From: Chromera velia
Taxonomy: Eukaryota
Length of the DNA stretch: 52,841 nt
Direction of reading: 5' to 3'
Assembly: GCA_018398765.1 (NCBI GenBank)
Contig: JAHBMJ010000240.1
Span: forward strand, 1 to 52,841
Shown here piece by piece: positions 48,840 through 52,841 of the stretch (position 1 is the first letter of the stretch; every line of letters starts with the position of its first letter). A program made the translations under genes and the position numbers. The notes beneath the pieces were generated by a model. That model did no database searches and was not told the DNA's origin. It saw only the letters and a program-made list of their open reading frames with translations.

Positions 48840-50963
48840 ATGGTCAGTTTCGCAGTCGCCCGATGTTTTTCACTTGTTCTCTGACCCCTTCTTGCTTGTT
48901 TACTGACAGTCACACTGTTCCTTCCTGTTTTGTTGTTTTGTTTGCAGTCTTCTCTTCCCGTTGTCGGTGCCGGAAAGGGTGGTAAGGTCGGAGGCAAGGG
49001 TGGAAAGGTTGGAGGCAAAGTTGGAGGCAAGGTTGGAGGAAAGGGAGGCAAAGTCGGCTCCGGAAAGTCCAAGAAGCAGCCTCTCTCCCGATCTGCCCGT
49101 GCCAACCTTCAGGTGAGTCGTCCCTCTCTTTTCTTAGCGATGTTTGTTGACCTGCCGGGGGGGGGGGAGACTGAAAAAGAGTGTTGCTCCTGGATCTTTG
49201 GTCCTGGGTGAACGGAACGGCGCGTGGAATGGTGGAGTTTCTTGTCTCGTTATCATCTAGAGGCAGTGCTCCTTCTTTCCTCCGCTATTCGCCCAAGATC
49301 GGGAAGGGTGGCTGCCTCTGGGAAGTGATTTTTCACGGTTGACGTGGGGAGTGGGTTTGTTGCTGTAGTGCCTCTGGATTCATGTTGCCTCACCTGAAAC
49401 TTACCGAACTTTCCTCTAGAATTTCTCCTACCATTTTTCCGTTTCCTGAGGACCTTGGAGGGTGTTGATTGAGGGGGTTGTGGCACGATGGGCCCTCTGG
49501 CTTGCTGCAGGATTGCACTGGGCATCCTGTCCCTCCCAAGTTGTTCTGCTCGACTTCCACTCCACTGGTTTCTCTCTGACAGTAAAGATGACTGGCTGTC
49601 CTCACCCCTGCTTCCTCTTTGCTCCCTTGTCTGTCCATTGCAGTTCCCCGTCGGACGTATCCACCGTCTGTTGAAGGGCAGAGTCGCCGCCAACAGCAGG
49701 GTCGGAGCAACGGCCGCTGTGTACGCTGCTGCCATTCTGGAGTACCTGACTGCCGAGGTCCTCGAGTTGGCAGGAAACGCCTCCAAGGATCTCAAGGTGA
49801 AGAGAATCACTCCTAGACATCTGCAGGTGAGTAGCTTCGGAAGAATGGAAAGACCGAACTTTCAATGAAGAGAAGGAAGTGTATCCGTCCCCTTTGGGGG
49901 TCCGGTCACCTGACTGGCGTCTCCGTCTTGTTTTCACCTTCTGCGGGTGTTACCATGTGCTGTCGTGGTCCTCCTGTCTGTACACATGTACAACGTACAT
50001 TTTTGGTCTCCAAACATGCTCCCGTCTGCTTGCCGCATTCTCCCCCCCCCCCCTTTCCCCCCNNNNNNNNNNNNNNNNCCCCCCCTTTCCCCCCCACACC
50101 CCACCGTCTCTCCGGCCCACCCCGTCTCGGGTCCTCTGTGCCCACACACTCTCACACCCGATCCCTGCCCTTGTTCTCTCCTCCCACACGTGTCACTGCC
50201 GGCATCTGAAAGCCTTTTGTGGAAAGCAGACTGACACAAGAAAAGGGGGGAAGGGTGAAATACGGAAGCAGTCTCAGTTCTGTCGTGTGCCTGGGCTGGG
50301 GCTGGGGGACAGATAGGCAGGCAGGCAGGCAGGCAGGCTGAGAGTCTCGCAGAGAGGCAGGCTCCCGGTCCATTGCTCCCTTCCAAAAAAAAAAAGAGGA
50401 CATCTGTCTCCTCACATTCCAACACTCCATCGAACACACCGCATAATCTGCCTCATGCCGTCACCTCTGCTGCTTGCCGAATCCCCTCCGCGCCTTATTG
50501 CTCAAAATCTGCACTCATCTCTGTCTACCCGCGTCCTCCCCGTTTCCTTCCTTCCTGTCTTTTCTGCATGCATACTAATTAATGTGCATGTCCCCTCTGT
50601 TTCGATTGCCTGCTGCCGTTCGCATGGATCTTGCGCTCCTTGTTTCCTCTTTACCACAAGAGACAGCAATTGATCTTTCAGTCTAAAATGCGCGATGAAC
50701 GATGGCATCTGAAATATCCGTCCCCCTCCTTCCCTCCCTCCCAACTAAATTCCCTTCCTCCTAATTCCCAACTCCCTCCCTCCCTCCCCTCCCTGCAGCT
50801 TGCCATCAGAGGTGACGAGGAGCTCGACGGGCTCATCAAGGCGACCATCGCAGGAGGCGGTGTCATCCCCCACATCCACAAATCCCTCATGAACAAGGCG
50901 CCCAAGTCCAAGGGCTCAGCACCAACGATGGCGCCTATGATGCCGATGAAGAAACCCATGTAG
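48840..50963 (+). CDS. H2A.Z: Histone H2A.Z, 4 exons
   Basis: Exons 48840-48842 (ATG only), 48948-49112, 49644-49826, 50799-50963. Protein ..[88 protein letters not shown] carries the H2A.Z signature, with an apicomplexan-like GGK-repeat N-tail. Confidence 0.97.
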
Positions 50964-52729
50964 ACCCGCACGCACGGACAGAGAGAGGGACACACACTCA
51001 AAGAAAGAAAGAGAGAAAGAGAGACCAGAGCTCTCTTTCTCTGTCTCGTCTCTCTGTGTCTCCGTACAGATTTGTGGATGCATGGGTGTGTGGATGTTTG
51101 GAAACTTGGATGCTGAATGGAAGAGACGGGAAGACAGGGAGGGAGGGGAGCGGATGGGATGGGGGGAGAGAGAGAGAAATACGGAACGAAGAAAGGAAGT
51201 ATGAGGAAAGGAAACGAATCGAGAGTCCTCTTTGATCGAGAGAGACATGCGTGCAAGTGGGGGGACTCGTTCTTCTTCCTTTCTTTCGTTTGTCCCTTCC
51301 TTCCTTCTTCCTGTGTGCATGGTTCCTCCATCGTTCGCGTGCCGTCTCTCCCTGTCTCTCTCTGTCCCTCTTCCTGGCTTGGGTTCGCTGTGCTTGCTCT
51401 CTCATTCGTTCATTTATTCATTCACGTTGTGTTTCCTTTCCTGCCTGTCTTGCTTCTGTCCGTCTGCCTCCTTGCCTGTATGCATGCATGCCTTTAGCCT
51501 ACCTCCTATCAGAGTGTCACTGACTGATTTGTGATGCATGGACATCCTGCTTCTACCGTCCGTGCCTTGCCCGTCCCATCAATCAATCGTTTGAACTTAG
51601 CGCCCCTTCGTTTCCTTTCGTTTCGTCCTTGGTTGACTGACAGCAGGGAGGAGACAGAAAGAGAGAGAGAGAGAACAGAGGGGCTGAGACAAGCAGAGAA
51701 GCTGCGTGTGAGAAAGAGAAAGCGGAGAGGTGGAGTGGCTTTCGGGCTCTCCGCTTGTGTCAGAGAAGAGAAGAAGAGGGAGAGCTCTCTCGATGGTTGC
51801 GAAGACGGCACGAGAAGTCGAGAGAGACCCGAGAATTCAGATCGAGGGAGGGAGACAAATCATGCAGCTGAACGGAAAGGAAAGAAAAAGAAGGGATGTC
51901 CAGGTGACGCATTCTGGGCGGGCGGTAGTAAGACGTCCTGTTTAGTTACCACTTTGCCTGGCTGTCTGCATGCGTTGTGTTCGCTTGCATGCGTCCATTT
52001 CTTCCACCCTCACACCCATACGCACACACATGCTGGTCGTTAATTGTCCACATAGGCGCACATGCAGGCAGGCAAGCGCAGTCTCCTTAGACCATTTGAT
52101 TCAGTAAATCGCGACAAGCGAAACCAACTCGGCCGACTGAATGTTCGGAGTCTCCATCGCTCCTCTCCGTCCCTTTGAATGTTTTGGTGCATGTGCACAT
52201 GCAGATGTGCGTTTCATGTGTGTCCGATCGACAGGATCGTTGGCATTCATGCGTACATCAGTCTCATTGGTCCACGCCTAGGTGCACGCATGCACGCACG
52301 CATCCCAACACACGTCACATCGCTCTAGATTCGCATTAAACCAAAACACATCCGGCGTTCTCATCGGTCGATCGTTCGGTCTCTTGTAAGCGCATGTACA
52401 GGCATGCATGGATGCGTGAATGTATGACTTTTAGCCTAAATTACATGCATTAGTTAGCATTATATATACTCTGGTCAATTTCAAAGTCGGTCATGCATTT
52501 CATCCAGCCTTTATATAGTTTTTTATAATACTTGTATATAGATTTTTATGTAACTAAACTGAATTGATCTCAAATGAGTAACTAAACAGACTTATTGTAT
52601 AGATATTTATATACTCATAGCGCAATGTGGAAGGTGGTTATACAGATGTGCATGGACCAATTAGAAGGGTCTAAAATTTTTGAGCCGGTTAAGCCGGTCC
52701 GTGCGATTCCGGCGGCGCCCACCCTAAAG

Positions 52730-52797
52730 AATTGGGAGTTGAATTGGGTGTCAAATTGGTAGTACTACCAATTTTTTACTACCAGTAACTCCCAATT
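52730..52797. repeat. Nested inverted repeat / foldback
   Basis: Outer arms AATTGGGAGTT (52730-52740) and AACTCCCAATT (52787-52797) enclose a perfect 22-bp palindrome AAATTGGTAGTACTACCAATTT (52753-52774). Confidence 0.75.
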
Positions 52798-52841
52798 TTG
52801 AAAAATTGGTACCTAGTCTAGTGAAAGAAGTACATGGAGTT

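Overview
Eukaryotic, intron-rich genomic DNA with GT-AG introns full of (CA)n/(GA)n/(GTCT)n microsatellites and AT-rich intergenic spacers. The apicomplexan-type H2A.Z suggests a myzozoan alveolate, probably a chromerid such as Chromera velia (inference). The first ~17 kb is mostly repeats: MITEs (one hAT-type with an 8-bp TSD), a Helentron-like non-autonomous (HINE/DINE-1-like) family with a head-to-tail pair, a decayed CRE-type non-LTR retrotransposon, a ~60-bp satellite, and a 1.8-kb duplication that is probably an assembly artefact. The remainder carries an intronless double NUMOD4-HNH endonuclease ORF, a large coiled-coil gene, a 6-exon L-threonate-dehydrogenase-like gene fused to a cupin-like domain, an HPR/OPR-like helical repeat gene, a 3-exon U-box-vWA-Vwaint-Vint(Hint) gene, and a 4-exon histone H2A.Z. 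Exon models were assembled by eye from splice signals and reading-frame phase; no database searches were run.
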